A stretch of 63,943 nucleotides of DNA, counting the filler, from Collodictyon triciliatum (taxonomy: Eukaryota): the NCBI GenBank assembly GCA_043381765.1. It is 9 parts of 9 records of this genome, joined end to end, with 100 filler letters (N's around TTAATTAATTAA, not from the genome) between each part and the next. Parts side by side here need not be neighbours in the genome. Positions count along the whole stretch, not along the records: positions 33,091 to 41,233 come from JBHJMP010003572.1; positions 41,334 to 49,470 come from JBHJMP010003573.1; 7 more parts are not named here. One strand, 5' to 3'. The translations under genes and the position numbers were made by a program. This document shows, one piece after another, positions 34,959-49,145 of the stretch. A model generated the notes under the pieces. The model ran no database searches. It was not told the origin of the DNA and saw only the letters and a list, made by a program, of their open reading frames with translations. Each line of letters begins with the position of its first letter. Within the stretch, counting starts at the first letter, position 1.

Positions 34959-35684
34959 AGGAATCGCAAAACCTTGGTTAATGCCCACTTTGATGCAATC
35001 GTCGACTATCTTTCCATATACTACTACAACCACTGAAATAATAGCCTGAAAAAAAAAACCGAGAACAGCACATCATTTATGACACATATCCGCAATTATC
35101 TAGACACATCCCAAATTTCAACAAGTTTAAAGTCTCTAATTACAAAAAAGAAAGGATACATATATAAAAGATGGCGTTATCTATACAGTCGATATTTTTT
35201 GCACTATAGGCTGGCTTTTCTGGCAAAAATAATCTATAATGAAAGTCCCAAGATATCGTCCTAATAAAAGGGAAAGATACGCGTTTACATTCTTCAATCG
35301 CGGAATAGTGCGGCAACGTTCCATCTCATCCTCGCTGGACAAAACTATATGCGAGGCAAGGTACTACAATGAGAAGACTGCCTATTGTCGATGAACAAAA
35401 AGGGTGATGATATCTTGACATGATGTTGCTCCTCAATAAAAGGAAAAATTTAGTAACCTAAAAATAAGTTAACTCCAAAAAAAAAACCTATAAAAAATAC
35501 TATTCTATCAATATCTATTCAGGATTAGATAAACGTGAGCATTATTCTTACTAGAACTGAAAATGTTCATAAAATATGTGTGCCCGATCTTTTCACCTTG
35601 ACTCCAGCAAGGACGTGTCAAGTACTCATAATTTTTTTTTTATTAAAAAAAGAGAGATAGACGGGAAATGGCAAAATCAGGTAT

Positions 35685-37047
35685 CTAGGTGCATTTTTTC
35701 AAGTCAAGGCCACCACATGCTCCGGCTATAATGAAGTAGAGGATGACCTATAGGTATATTTTAACTACTTCCCTTGAATTTTTTTTTATGAGGACAACCA
35801 CATTATGAAAACAAGACTTGAAAACAATCAGTGAGAAACGTTCCATCATGAAGTAAAAGAATATACACGATACAATTAATTTAATGCTTGACTATAGAAG
35901 ACAAGGAAATACCAATATGATGAACGCAAGAATGAACTGGAGCTTGACATTCTTCCACCACATAGCCGCTTTGAGCTTTCCACTCTGCTTTTTGAAGTTG
36001 GCTGACTAATGATTTCAGTATATTGATTAAGAAAATGAGGTAAATAATAATTATAATTATTATTTGAGGTGTATTCAGAAAACTGAGAGTGAGTGTAAAA
36101 AATTATTTACTAAATTATCAACTTGAAAATATAAGGGTTGTATAACAGGCAACACACTTGTTGATTGAGATTGTCTGTTTTCTCAACAAGTAGCTCCAGC
36201 TTTTCTCCTCTCTCCATGACTTTTTCTGTTGATGAAAGCCGTTAGGTAGCAGAAAAGGAGAAAATAATCCAAATAAAAAAAAAAAGGAAAAGGACGTAAA
36301 CAGTATATATACTTACCAATATTTTGCACCATGACATTCTTAACGGATGCGACATCCTCTCTTATACGATTGATTGCATCAGCAGAAGGGTCGTACGAAA
36401 AGTAGTTCTGGATAGAATATATTCAAATAATAGAGGTCAAGACAGGAAAGTACAAACTCTCGTGACATGCTTCTGTTTCATAGAATCAATATATTAATCC
36501 ATAAGATCATACCATTTGCTCCTGCAAAACTCTCACAAACTCCTTCTTTGTACCTGGACTTGCAGCGGTAATATCATAGCTTCGAGTATTTTCAAAGTAT
36601 TTCTTTTGTATGTCATCCAAAAAGGCAAAAGGAACTCGCCGCCCAAACTCTTCATCCGACAGGCACATGAAAGTATGTCCGTCTTGAACAAGATAATGAA
36701 ATATATATCTAAGAGGAAATAAAATGATGTATAATAAGAAATATCATGTGAGTTATAATGATACATATATATTGTCCAGCGCACACGCATCAAATGACAA
36801 ACTGAAGTAGGTGGACAGTATAAAGATTACCACAAACTCAGCAAAGAAAAAAAAACAAGCAAAATATCTTGAATAACTCATGGTTCGCAGCTTTGACAAA
36901 CCGATCATAGACGTAGCTCATTCTGGTGGTTTCTGGCGTGATCCTGTCCAGAATGCGCCGCGCAATCAGATGAAAGTTGCCGGTGGTTGTGGAAAACTCG
37001 ACGAGGACGAGCGAGCCTCGAGCAACAAGGCTGTAGATGATCGGCAT
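35685..37047 (-). CDS. VAMP7: Longin-domain R-SNARE VAMP7
   Basis: MPIIYSLVARGSLVLVEF longin N-terminus, RRVPFAFLDDI, SNARE motif [36 protein letters not shown], and TM ending ACGGLDLKKCT*. Confidence 0.95.
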
Positions 37048-37389
37048 CGACGAGTGAGCGGCCTCCTCTTCCCTGGGGCGGCTTCTTTGGTCAGGTTCTG
37101 TCTGCGCAGCCTGTTTGGCAAGCGAAATGACCTTCCTCTGTTCTTTCTTGTTTTGTTTTATTTTCGCTTTTTTTTTTTTACATTTAATTTTATTTTTGAC
37201 ATTTATAAAGTCGCGTTTTGTGAAAACCCAGGAAAAGAAGGGCAGGCAGGAGACTTTAATTACTTTGCTTTTCTCTTTTTTTTTCTTTTTCCTTTTCTTT
37301 TTCCTTTTCTTTTATATAAAATCTTTTGCTTTGTACTCAATCTTGGATATTATTTTTTTATGAATGGAAGAATAATGATAACTGTTATG

Positions 37390-40300
37390 TCACTCTGCTT
37401 TTTCAACAATAACGTATAAAAGGATGGATAAGACGCCGAGCATCGCAAGAAGTCCCGGCCACTGCTCAACGTTGCCGCTGTTTACAGAGAAGAGATCTTT
37501 GTTGTCGGCGATGACTGTGCGAGAATGGTGTCATTGTTCAGAAATAATCGTCATTGTCAATAAATAAAGAAAAGAAATAAAATATGACAACAGCAGTAGT
37601 ACCGAAACAAACAATAAACAAATAAATATTTGCATTACAAACAAACAAAAAAAAAATACTGGCGATAGCAGATGGAGCGTTTTGAAATACAAAGAGCAAC
37701 ATTATCGTAATTCAAAATCCCACAGGCGCGTAGCGTAATACGGCGGATGCATGTGGATTAGGAGATGGTGATAACACAATGTTATTACCTATTGGGATGG
37801 CAATGAGAATCCCCATCAATGCCTCTCCTGTTATCAGCCCGCCACAAAAGAGCAAACCAGACCTGTTGTTGTGAGTGTTTCAGAGCTCGTGATTTGACCA
37901 ACAACCATCGATAGCCATGATTCAATGAGTAGAATATGCGTAGAATGTAATCGACCGGAAAAAAGAAAAGCGAGAAGGATAATTCCATGCTTACTTTCCT
38001 CCTTGTGCCTTAGTCTCGCGGATGGAGGCCAGTTCGTGTGTGGATGTGGCCTTCTTTTCCTTCCAAATGTAAAATCGACCGCCAATCCAATTAATGCATC
38101 CGCCAAGGAAAATGGCACCTAATCATAAAATGAAAGAGGGTTGAATCGTCAGTATTTTCAAGATGCATCAACTCCATAGAAACACGAACATGCATGTTGT
38201 TTATGGAATAATTGCATGCAATCTGAAAGGGAAACACCTGTCACTTCGATGGGGATGTATATTCCGATTGCTGTGGAGAGCAAAGGAAAACGATTCTTTG
38301 ATTTGCCAGTGACTTCGAGAATGTGGTCGATCACAAGAATTACTGTGTGGATTACTTGGTTGGTTACTGTATAGTTTATCAATGATGATAAAAAAAAATC
38401 ATTACAAAAAAAAAAGAAAAAGAAGCACTGATTCAGCTATCGCAAGTTTTTGCTGATATAGTCTTCTTTTACGAGATTATTGGAAATTAACATTCATTTT
38501 ATATTGATTAAGACTACCAATGGCAAAACACATTCCTATATACACGAATGTCCACGGAGTATTTCCTTCAAAGACATTTTTTGTTATGGCTGCCATGAGA
38601 GACGCCTAATCGTAAATGCCTCTTATTGTCAATTACATGCATGACATACGAAACTAAAATCAGACAGATAAAGCGATAATTAAAATACTTGTGGAGCTGG
38701 TAAAGGGTCGGAATACTTTGAGTCTTCCTCATCGTCTTCCTTCTGAATTCCGTAAACCTTGGTGCGAATAGTTTATTATTATTTCCATTATTTAAAAGCA
38801 GCAAAATAGGACAACACATGCTAAAATGGCTGATTTAACTTGATAGCCCTAGCTTATGGAGACAAACTTCGACTAGAAGATTGATTATATATGGCGCCAA
38901 TATTATTGGTGGGAGCATTCCAACAGCTTGGATTATCTGGAGTTTGTATGGTGTCGAACCAATCATGTATCCAGCCTTTAAGTCTGAGTATTTTCAACGT
39001 ATGAGGGCGAGGATTTATATGTGAATCATCAAACCAATTATACATATATATATATCCTTTTAACTGAATTGATCGCGATAACATTAGAAGTAAATAGAAA
39101 ATGTAATACGACATCATTGTGTCGCTCTCGAGGTTACGAAGATAAAATAGTACAAAGCTATCACTGGCCAACATGAGTCTATTCGTTTGTTATTGTTTTT
39201 TACCCTGCTGACAATCTGCCGCTAGTGCAGCTGAAGTACAAACGACGGCACCGACAAGAATTGATAAATATGGGCCTGTCATGGAGTTTGATAAATAACG
39301 CGCCCATTTAATTTACTTAGATTTGGTAATATTGAGAATTGTAAATATAAAGACAAGAGGAACAAAAGAAAGAGAATAAATCCTCCAGCTTTACCCAATT
39401 CATCTCTGTCATTTCCATTGTACAGGGAAGAAAGAATCAGTGCCGTAACGAGGATGGAAGCAAGTGTCATGCTGATAAAATTCCCAAGTGCATGGAGTAA
39501 AAAAAAAAAAAATTGAGAAAAAATAAGTTACGTATCTAATTGTTTACATCAGGCATTTTGTACTACTTTGTCCTCAGAGTGGACATAGATAATAATAATG
39601 GGTCTGAATTCTAAAATGTCAAAATAGAATCACCCAGATGCTGGTGCATTGCTGCTCCCTATTTTGCCTCCGATGTAAGCATTTATTGAAGAAAATACAG
39701 TCCTAATAATTGAAGTGGTTCATGTTTGAAATGAAAAATTTTTCATTCTTTCAATTTGGAAGTGGATGATGCCCACATATTGTGCAAAGATATTCAATCT
39801 TTAGAGAAAAATTTTATACCCAGTGATGAGGATGATGATGCAAAGCAGAAATGCAATGCCTCCGTCGTCAGAGAGATACCTAACGAATTTCATGGGCGTG
39901 ATGATAACAAGGAAATGAGCATATAAGTTCCCTCAGGTTCATCACCTCTTTGTAGTGAGACAGTAAGAGATAGAAGAGGGGGAATAAAACAGAGAAGTTA
40001 AAATAAAAGGAAGAGGAAAAAGAAGGAGAAACGGCGTTCGTCAGCGAAGGTGAGATTTATGAATACGTACCAAAAGAAAGGAAGAGATAGAAACATGCAC
40101 AAAACGAGACCAGCAAGAGTCCATGGCACAGGGAGTTCCTTTTCAGTTCTGTTTACTTCTCTGGAACCAGTGAAATATGCTCGAAATCCTTGATGAAGCA
40201 AAAGAAAAGGAAGAAAAGGATTAGAAATCGAAATTTTTATAACCAATTTTTAGCCAGGAATTGAAAAAGGTTGAGACCTATGAATTATGTGAGAGAATGC

Positions 40301-41233
40301 TAAACTCTTCAGTAGTGGTCAAGAACTATTATTCATTTTCTATTTCTTTATTTTCTTTTCCCATTTTTATTATAGTATTATTATTGTGGAAACCTTGCGT
40401 CCATAGCTGGACAAATCTCTTCCGTAGGCTCATGAGCGTGTGGAGACCTGCCACGATGACCGCGCCCACACCAACAAAACGGGTCTCTTTTGACCAGAGC
40501 TCGAAGGCATAATCCTGGGCACTCTCGTCATTTCTGTCACCCTCTCCTGTGCATTTAGTTTAATTCGTTTTACATGAACCGAGGGAAGTGTTAGACTATT
40601 TAAATCTTAATGATTCAAGCTCTTTCCTATGTACAAGTGAGATGGAATTCACATATTCTAATTGCTCTTCAAATCCACCGTAGTGCAAGCACACATACAT
40701 ATAATACCTTTAATAGACGCGTAAATAGGAAGAATGAACCACCAATTCAATAAGCCACCAGCAAAGAAAATCAGACAATTTTGTATTCCGATGATAAATC
40801 CAACCCCACTCAGTGCCTTTTATACGTAGTGGAATGGCAAGTATATGAGTGGCAACAGAATATCATATGCGTATGCTACTTCAGAATATTTTCAAAGAAT
40901 CGAGTTCCAGATAAATTTAATTACATAAAAGCTCGTGTCGATAATGTGTTCAACTCACCGGGGAGCAATTAAGACCCATGAACACTACAGACGAGCCAAT
41001 GAAAGAAGCTGCTTGTGTGACGGACTTCCAAAGTCTTATTTTTATTGTAAAAATGACAGAAATTCAGAAAATAGAACACTTGGTGTACTTTCTTTTTGAA
41101 ATAAAAGTATAATAGAGTAATCAATTTTACTCAAAAAAAAAAACCTTAAGCCATCACTCATGAATTTAAACATTCCCCCAACAACTCCTCCCCATAAAAC
41201 CGGCTTCAAACTACCTGACTGTGTTCTCTGTGT
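37390..41233 (-). CDS. OPT-superfamily (YSL/prokaryote-like) oligopeptide or metal-chelate transporter, 5' truncated
   Basis: Exons give ETRFVGVGAVIVAGLH, VVCTSAALAAD..Q.LKAGYMIGSTPYKLQ, FPLLSTAIGIYIP and GLVCSFVAGLITGEALMGILIA. Stop TGA at 37390-37392. Confidence 0.88.
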
Positions 41234-41333
41234 NNNNNNNNNNNNNNNNNNNNNNNNNNNNNNNNNNNNNNNNNNNNTTAATTAATTAANNNNNNNNNNN
41301 NNNNNNNNNNNNNNNNNNNNNNNNNNNNNNNNN

Positions 41334-43548
41334 GATAGTAGGAGGTACAAACGGACAGTGGAGACTGAGATACACGCCACCAAAGTACACGTTCGGCAAC
41401 CCGCTGACATCCATTCGATACTACGTGACCGACGGCAAGCTGCGGTCAGTCGAGCAGACGCTATCGGTTGTAGTCAACCACGTCAACCACGCTCCTGAAG
41501 CCTCTACCCAGACAACTATATTGCTGTACGAGAACTCGTTTGCTGACATGACGTTGATTGGACTCGATGTGGATTGGTTTGACAACCTGACTATCCAGTT
41601 TACCTCAACGCCATCATCTGTCGCATCGCTTGAGTCCAATTTTACTTTTTTGGGGACAGGCGAGTCAGTGGTGGCAAATACCATATATCCTCTCCCTCGC
41701 AGCGGCATCAAGGTTCGATTCACACCTCCGAGCTACCGATTCTTTAATGACAGCTACACTTTCGAGGTCAGCGACGGCCAGTACGTATCAAATCTCACGG
41801 TGGCACTGACCACTCTCGATTTGAATCACGCTCCTGTGGGCGAAGTGCAAACTGTAGACATGGACGAAGACAGCGAGGTTCTGATTTCTCTTGTCGGACG
41901 AGATTCAGATATCCCAGCTGACACTCTCACGTATGAGATTTCTGCAATCCCTAGCCGCGGAAGCCTTTATGATGGTAACGTGATGGTAGAGGTAGCCGGA
42001 TACAAGCTCCAAGGAAACACTGTCAAATTCGTACCTACCAAGATAACTTACGGAGCCCCATACACATCTTTTGCATACGCAGTTTCTGACGGTAAAATAG
42101 TATCGGAGAGACAACCGATTAATGTCAATGTCCATCATATCAATCACGCGCCTACCATCGGCTCGTCGTCATCATCGGTTACTATTGATAGATACGATTC
42201 GGGCTCCTTTGTAATTGGAGGCAGCGACGTCGACCTGATTGACACCATCTCATTGCGAGCTGTGATTCCGCCGACATTGAGGGGTAAAATCACTCACAAC
42301 GGAAGCCAAGTGAGCGACGGACAAATCTTTGGATACTCGACAACATCATTCACAGAGACATTTACGTATATCGGACCACAAGAGAGCGAAGGGGTCATTC
42401 CCGATTTTGGAGACAACTATGAAAGCGTCAGTTTTGTAGCTTTTGATAGCTCGAACACCTCAAACTTTGAGTCTTCCATTATCGAGGTGGGCCTCAGTAT
42501 ACGCTTTATCTCTCGAACACCCGTACTTTCGAGCACGCCAACATCGATTATTGTGAACGAACAAGAGTACAGCAGCATTGTGTTGAGCGGAGAGGATAAG
42601 GACAATCTCAACGTTACTATCACACTTAAGGCTACGCCGTCTGTCGGCTCGCTATACCTCTCGAACAGCAGTGTAGCTCTTTCGGTTGGAGATATTGTGG
42701 CTGTCGGTATCTCGCCGAATGTGAGTTTGCAATACGCTGCGCCAAAATCATCTAGTGTGTTCGTCTCGACCGGGGCGCAGAGAGGAGATTTCTTATTCTC
42801 AGTCGACAACGGAGATAAAGAGACAGAGAAGCGAGTCAGCATAGAGGTGCTTGATGTCAACTTCTCTCCATTCATCAGCGCTCAAGAGACAAACATCACA
42901 ATCGCAGACTCGCAAACCAGCCGAACTGTCACCTTTGTGTTGAGCGGAGTCGACCCTGACGGAGACTCTATCGACGCCTATGTCTCAAGTCACACAGACT
43001 CGACCATCCAGCTACAGCAGGACGGAGTCGCTATCGCTATCAGCAAGCCGCTCAACAAGACTGGTCCAGCTTTATGGAAGCTTGATGTCGTTGTCCCTGC
43101 GCTGTATGTCGGAGTTGTCGATCGCATCAATGTGTATACACAAGACCCACTCGGACTCAAGTCGAGCGAGCTTGAGCTTGTTGTCAACACAGCTTATGTC
43201 AACTTTGCACCGGTGACAACAACTTCGAGTATTCCGGAGTTCGACGAAGACCAGTTTGTCGATTTCACCATAAGCGGAGCTGATGACAACAATGACCCGC
43301 TTGTCGCATATATCAGCGGATTCCCCAGCGTAGGTACACTGAGTGACGCGAACGGCGATGCGGTAGTCTCAAACAATACTGCGATAGTAGGAGGTACAAA
43401 CGGACAGTGGAGACTGAGATACACGCCACCAAAGTACACGTTCGGCAACCCGCTGACATCCATTCGATACTACGTGACCGACAGCAAGCTGCGGTCAGTC
43501 GAGCAGACGCTATCGGTTGTAGTCAACCATGTCAACCACGCTCCTGAA
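41334..43548 (+). repeat. Near-identical 166-bp direct repeat (41334-41499 and 43383-43548), in frame, 2049 bp apart
   Basis: The two copies differ at about 2 positions by eye (gacggc/gacagc, cac/cat). Confidence 0.92.
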
Positions 43549-46148
43549 CCTGTTCTGGCCTCTGATATGCACGTATTTGAGACACCATACGACGAGGATG
43601 ACATATCGTCGCTTCCTGTTCCCAATGCTTTCGTATCCCTGGATGCCACCGATGTTGACTTAATGGACGTTCTTACCGTAAATATTACCTCCCTGCCCGA
43701 CCCATCATTTGGATATTTGCTATTCGGTAACACGCCAATTAACAACATCGGAACTGTCGTGCCAGCAGGTTCGAAAGTAACTTTCATACCGGTTGATTAC
43801 GTCAGTGGACCTGTCGGGTCATTCAGCTATTTCATTAGTGATAACACTGCGACGACTGATCTACTTACAATATCTATCCACGTTATTGATATCAATCATG
43901 CACCAGAGGTACTTAAAATCTTTTTTTTTCTTGCAACTTTTTTTTAACAGATTTGTGTAATATGACGTTGAAAATTATACTGTTGATAGTGTCTATCCAC
44001 TCATTTTACATTATTTTTTTTTTAGGTCCTCGTAGCTAATGATTACGTGAGGGTGAATGAAAATTCTACTGTGCTTGTCTCTGTTTCCCATGAAGGCAAC
44101 TTCATTGACAAGGACGGGGACGATTTGATCCTGACTCTCAAAGAGGCACCCATCCGTGGCACTCTTGGTGTCGTATCGAAGACAGGGACAGAAGATCAGT
44201 CTGTCTGGATATTTGAGTACAGTCCAAGCTTTAGCATTTACTCAGTATCATATGGAGAATTGTATGATAGAGTAGAATTCTTTGTGGGTGACGGACAAAA
44301 ATCCTCGTCTGACACACTCACTGTGCATTTCAACGTGACTAAGGTCAATTTCCCACCAATGGCGAAGGACTTCAAGGTGTCTGGGCATCTCGTGGAGTTA
44401 GTCACAATCGACTTTGCTCCTCAAATTTCAGATATTCATGGTGAGGTCCTGAGTGTAGTTATCACAAGCTTACCTGGAGACGGCAAGTTGATTACCAATG
44501 GAAATTTTCAGATTTCCAAGGTTCCATATACAATACCGAGTGCTCATATTTCAACCTTGGAGTATCATTCAGCAGAGCCATCTCAAGTGGATGTAAGCTT
44601 CAGTTATGCAGCCTTCAATGGATTCTTTGAGTCTGGAAATTATACTGTGAGCGTCGTCATTACTGGCTTTTTCAATAATCGCCCCGTGGCTTTTGCAAAC
44701 CCTGATACCTATACAACGCCTGAGGTACGAAAACATTTTCTTGTTTTATATTTTAGTATCTTAAGTTATTTGTGGCAAACGCCGCATATGTAGCTATATT
44801 TCAATAATTAAAACGACATAAAATAATGTGCTGCAAATATTTATAGAACCAACACGTTGTCATCTCCCTTGGAGGATTTGACGAAGACGGAGATTCCTTG
44901 AGTGCCTACATTACCTCTCTGCCTTCCACTGGTGTTTTACGACAGACGACGAACGGTGTCTCCGTGGGTAGATTGGTCAGCGTTGGTGATAAAGTTGACC
45001 TCACTGATGCCTGGAGACTCATATACGTTCCTGTGTCTCTAAAAGGAGATGGAAGCTTCAGCTTTAAATACCACCTGAACGATTCTGAACTTATTTCCAA
45101 CGAACAGATAATTAGCATAGTGGTCACTAATGTCATCTACCCACCAACAAGTATCAGTGTTCCATCTGTAGCAACTATGAATGAGGGCCAAAGTATACTT
45201 ATCACTCTCCAAGGAAACGACCCGAACGGACTGGTCATGAGCGCCCAGCTTACAGCAGAGACTACAAATGGACCAATATATCTCAGTGACGCAAACGGGA
45301 ATATACTGAATAATAACCCTATTCGACTTCCAAATGAGTTCGAGCCATATTTATTCCCACAGAGTGCCGATGGTAGATGGTATGTTGTATACCAGCCGCC
45401 TGCGTATAGGTCTGGCAACAGCTTTGATAACTTCTTCTTCCGGGTCGTTAACACCGAAGGGTTATTCTCTGTAGAATCAATAGTGTTAATCAACGTCCTT
45501 GCTATCAACGACCCGCCAATTATTGAGGTCCCAGTAAACGTAACAACACCCGCCGGAACTGCCGTCGCGATTAAAGGTATAGTTGTCCGTGAGCTGGACT
45601 TTAACATCGACAACCTACAAAGGCCATTCGTAGCCACGGTAAGTGCCGACATAGGCACAGTTAGTATTCCAAACACGGTCGGTGTCGCGGTCAAGCCTGA
45701 AAACTTTGCCACAGGAGCTGCAACTATTGTTATAACGGGAAGATTCGCTGATGTAAACACTGCGCTATCCAATTTGGTCTTTTCTCCGCCGCCTAATGTG
45801 AACGGAACCACTTTGATATCTGTTACTGTGAATGATGGAGGGAACACTGGCCTTGGGGGTGCCAAGGAAACCACGGCAAGAATCAAAGTGGCCCTTACTT
45901 CCACAGTCAATGAGGGAGGCTCAGGAGGGGACGTGACTCCAGCAGTGGCTGGTGGGGCTGTTGGCGCTGTCGCGGCCATCGCTGGTGCCTTCTGGGTATT
46001 CAAACGTGTCTCAGCCAAGGAAAATTACTCATTCGAGCTTCCTGACAAAGAGGGCGACTTGTTCTCGAGCAACCCACTTTATGAAGCGGGTACAACTCAA
46101 GGAGGAGCGATGAGGAGCAACCCCCTCTACGAAGTGGAGCCCAGCTAA
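41334..46148 (+). CDS. Large SibA-like (similar to integrin beta) cell-surface adhesin with tandem cadherin-like/Ig repeats, 5' truncated; exons 41334-43908, 44026-44724, 44847-46148
   Basis: Many ~95-110 aa repeats ending VNHAP/NFAP/NDPP with DxDxD motifs. TM helix AVAGGAVGAVAAIAGAFWVF contains GxxxG. Cytoplasmic tail carries two NPLY motifs. Confidence 0.85.
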
Positions 46149-47412
46149 AATCATCCTGCCTTTCCCCACATAGCACATATCATTCCGCTCAATGGTCTGC
46201 TCTTCCTTCTCGATTTCTTACACGCAGAGCTGTCTCATGTCTCTCTTGACTAGATGTCCCAGGATACGACTTTTACACTTTGGAATAAATAGCTGTGTGT
46301 TAAAGATATTGGGAATGCTCTACATATTCTTTATTAGAAAGAAAAGAAACTGATACGTCTCTCAAACCTTTTTTTATTTGTTCATATATATATATTCTTA
46401 TTTGAATAATAAATTGAACAGTATGCAAGCCTATTTACCTGATTTGCTAGCCTTCGTTTGCATTTACGCTACTTGGTGGCCGGGTGGCGGAGAAGCAGTC
46501 GGTAATCAGGAATTGCATCCTGCGGTTTGGCCTGTAGCCTGGGTCTTGTGCTCGCATGAGAGAGGTAAGGAGGTTTAATCTCTTTCTTAGCCTCTTTCGC
46601 ATGTCTCTTCTCACAGGGTCTGAGTGATAGAGAAGGTGAAATGGACGGAAGGGGTCATTGAGGGAAGAGATTTGTGTGCTAGTGTTCCACTTATTATCAG
46701 GAATTGGGTAGCTGGTTGTTGAATCTTGCTTTGTGTGAGTATATGCGTGCTATCCACATAGTCCATAGCAAATGACCTCGCGTCGCTGCCCATAATGTTT
46801 TTTTGCATCTGGACGCAGCTGTTGCAGAGGACCCAAATATTCGCCTGGGTTGGGCCAACAACCGCAGCCGTTTTGAGGGTCAACCAAATAATCTCGCTGG
46901 CTGTTTCGCACAGGTTTTGGGCGAAGGGACACCGCACAAATATGTCATGAATTCTTTCTTTTTTTTTTTCAGGTGGAGCAAGCTACTCAGCTCGGATGGC
47001 ATGCAACATGCTCCTTTTTTTTTTTTTATCTGTGTCTGAATTAGATTGGGCGCCTAAAGGAATATAGAGATTAAAATATACAATGTGAGACGATACCTTT
47101 CTGGTGTTTAACAAGAATTGCCGGTTTCTTGGAAGCCATATACACCCACTTGCTCTTTTCTTCCTTTTCTACATATTTTACTGTTTTCTTTTCTTTTCTT
47201 TTTTCGTAGGGAATGGAAAAGCATTGTATGCTGACACTGGCTACGTTTTCACGAAAATATAGTTTGTAAGTGAAGCAAAATATGCAATACAAGACGATAT
47301 AAAGTGGAAACCCGGCACTAAACTCATGATTTAAAACGCCCAAATTATCTTTTATGAACAAGGTAAGTTATAGCTAGATATATCTTGATTCCTATGCTGC
47401 TATTGGCCCATC

Positions 47413-49145
47413 AAGATTTAAAAACCATGAATTTGGGCCCCTCAGATTCCCCTGTCATTGTGAACGCAGAAGCATATGATGATTTTGAATTATTGCGCTA
47501 GATTATTATGTAGCATGACTAAGTCACTTAGTATCGTATATTTTTTTATTACCTTCGTGGTCTTCTATGTTCGGATTCACATGGATGGGAATGCGAGAGG
47601 ATTGGTTTCTCTAATTGATATAGATTTGACATTATAACATATACGACTGAATAAAGACCAATATAACAGGAACTGTGGGTATCAACTTATCATGGTCATG
47701 AAATACAGTTACAGTCAAGATAATTGAAAAAGAAAGAGCAAAAATAAAATTCAAATGGACTATACCTTAACAAATATTTGCTCCTCATAATCCTGAGGAT
47801 TTATTCCTACATCTGTTTTGATCCCATACATTAACGCATGAAATCAATTACAAAGCCCCTTCACTTGAATCGAATAAAGAGAAGAGAAAAGATATATGAA
47901 ATCTATAAGCTGATTACAGTAGCATGGTTTACAATTTTGGACATATAGCCTCACCTAAGGGAAGAAGCGGCGGCCCCATTTGGTTTTGACTTTGCTGAAG
48001 TTTAGCAACAATACCATATAGAAGCGGCCTACATTAAGATTTGAATGTCAGAAGAGCTCGTCATATCAAATATTGCTGCATTATAGAGTATAGAAATCTG
48101 GGGTTGCACATACACAGAGCGAGACTTAGCATCCTCCAATAGCTTCAGTTCTTGCGCTATGAACCCCCTGTCCAAAGGTTCCTTTGGTTGGCCAGTTTCT
48201 GAGTGGTGGTTCATAATAGGTATTTTTAGGTTTTTCTGTTGCGAATATTTACACACTCTATGCAAAATCAATCAGGCGACGAGGAATGTCTTTGCTTTTA
48301 AAAAATGACCAAACCTGCCAGAAGGACAGATAGGCTGTGTTTATATCGATTGAACTCAAGGTATTCTCTAATCAGCTCGTTGATAATAACATTTTCTTGG
48401 GACATGGGTGGCCTTTCAGCGTCCTATTCCATAAAGCGGATATATTTTAGCTAAGTTTTTCTTTTCAATTTCCCCCCTTTTCTCAGTCAGGATGATTTTT
48501 TTATTTTTTACACTCGAAATTTAAAGAGAATAACAATCTTCATGTGAACTAAAGTTTCGATCGAATTCTAATGAAATCATGGTTGATACGTTAAGATAAT
48601 TTACATATGTGAAGTATTAGTATATCATTGTTGGGAAATAGATTGTCAATACAGCAGATGTCATAGTAAGGAGAAAAAAGTGTTGGCTAGTTTCTTGCTA
48701 ATTATGGGATGAGTGATATCTAACGGGCTCATCAAGCGCAGCGTATACCTCTGCTCGAATCCTGGCCTTCAGCTGCCCCATCACCCCACGAGACTCCAGA
48801 GAATCACGAACGGCTTTGAGGAAAATATTGTGAGTAAAATGTGCAAATATACTCGCCATGTAAAAAAATAATTGCGAAATATATAAACTTTATGGATAAT
48901 GAGATGATGCCAAAAAAAAAAAAGAAAGAAAGAAAGCAAATTGAGAAAAATCCAACAAGGGTGATTGCCTAGATAGAGGAAATGTTTCGACAGGTATTTT
49001 GAATCAAGTATCGTAGTTCGATAAACAGACGGTAATGTAGCATTGCATATATAGCTAAATATGAGGTACAGAATAAAGTGTTATGTGCGGTAAAATGAAG
49101 TGAGCAAGAAAAAATACCATCCTTCAAGTCTTCCAACGTTGCCAT
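47413..49145 (-). CDS. FOPNL: FOR20/FOPNL (CEP20)-like LisH centriole/basal-body protein (3' end approximate)
   Basis: MATLEDLKDAVRDSLESRGVMGQLKARIRAEVYAALD...NVIINELIREYLEFNRYKHSLSVLLAETGQPKEPLDR...PLLYGIV. Confidence 0.88.

Noticed and set aside
41905-46018. Long antisense ORFs over the adhesin
   Set aside because: Shadow ORFs of a long, GC-richer coding exon.
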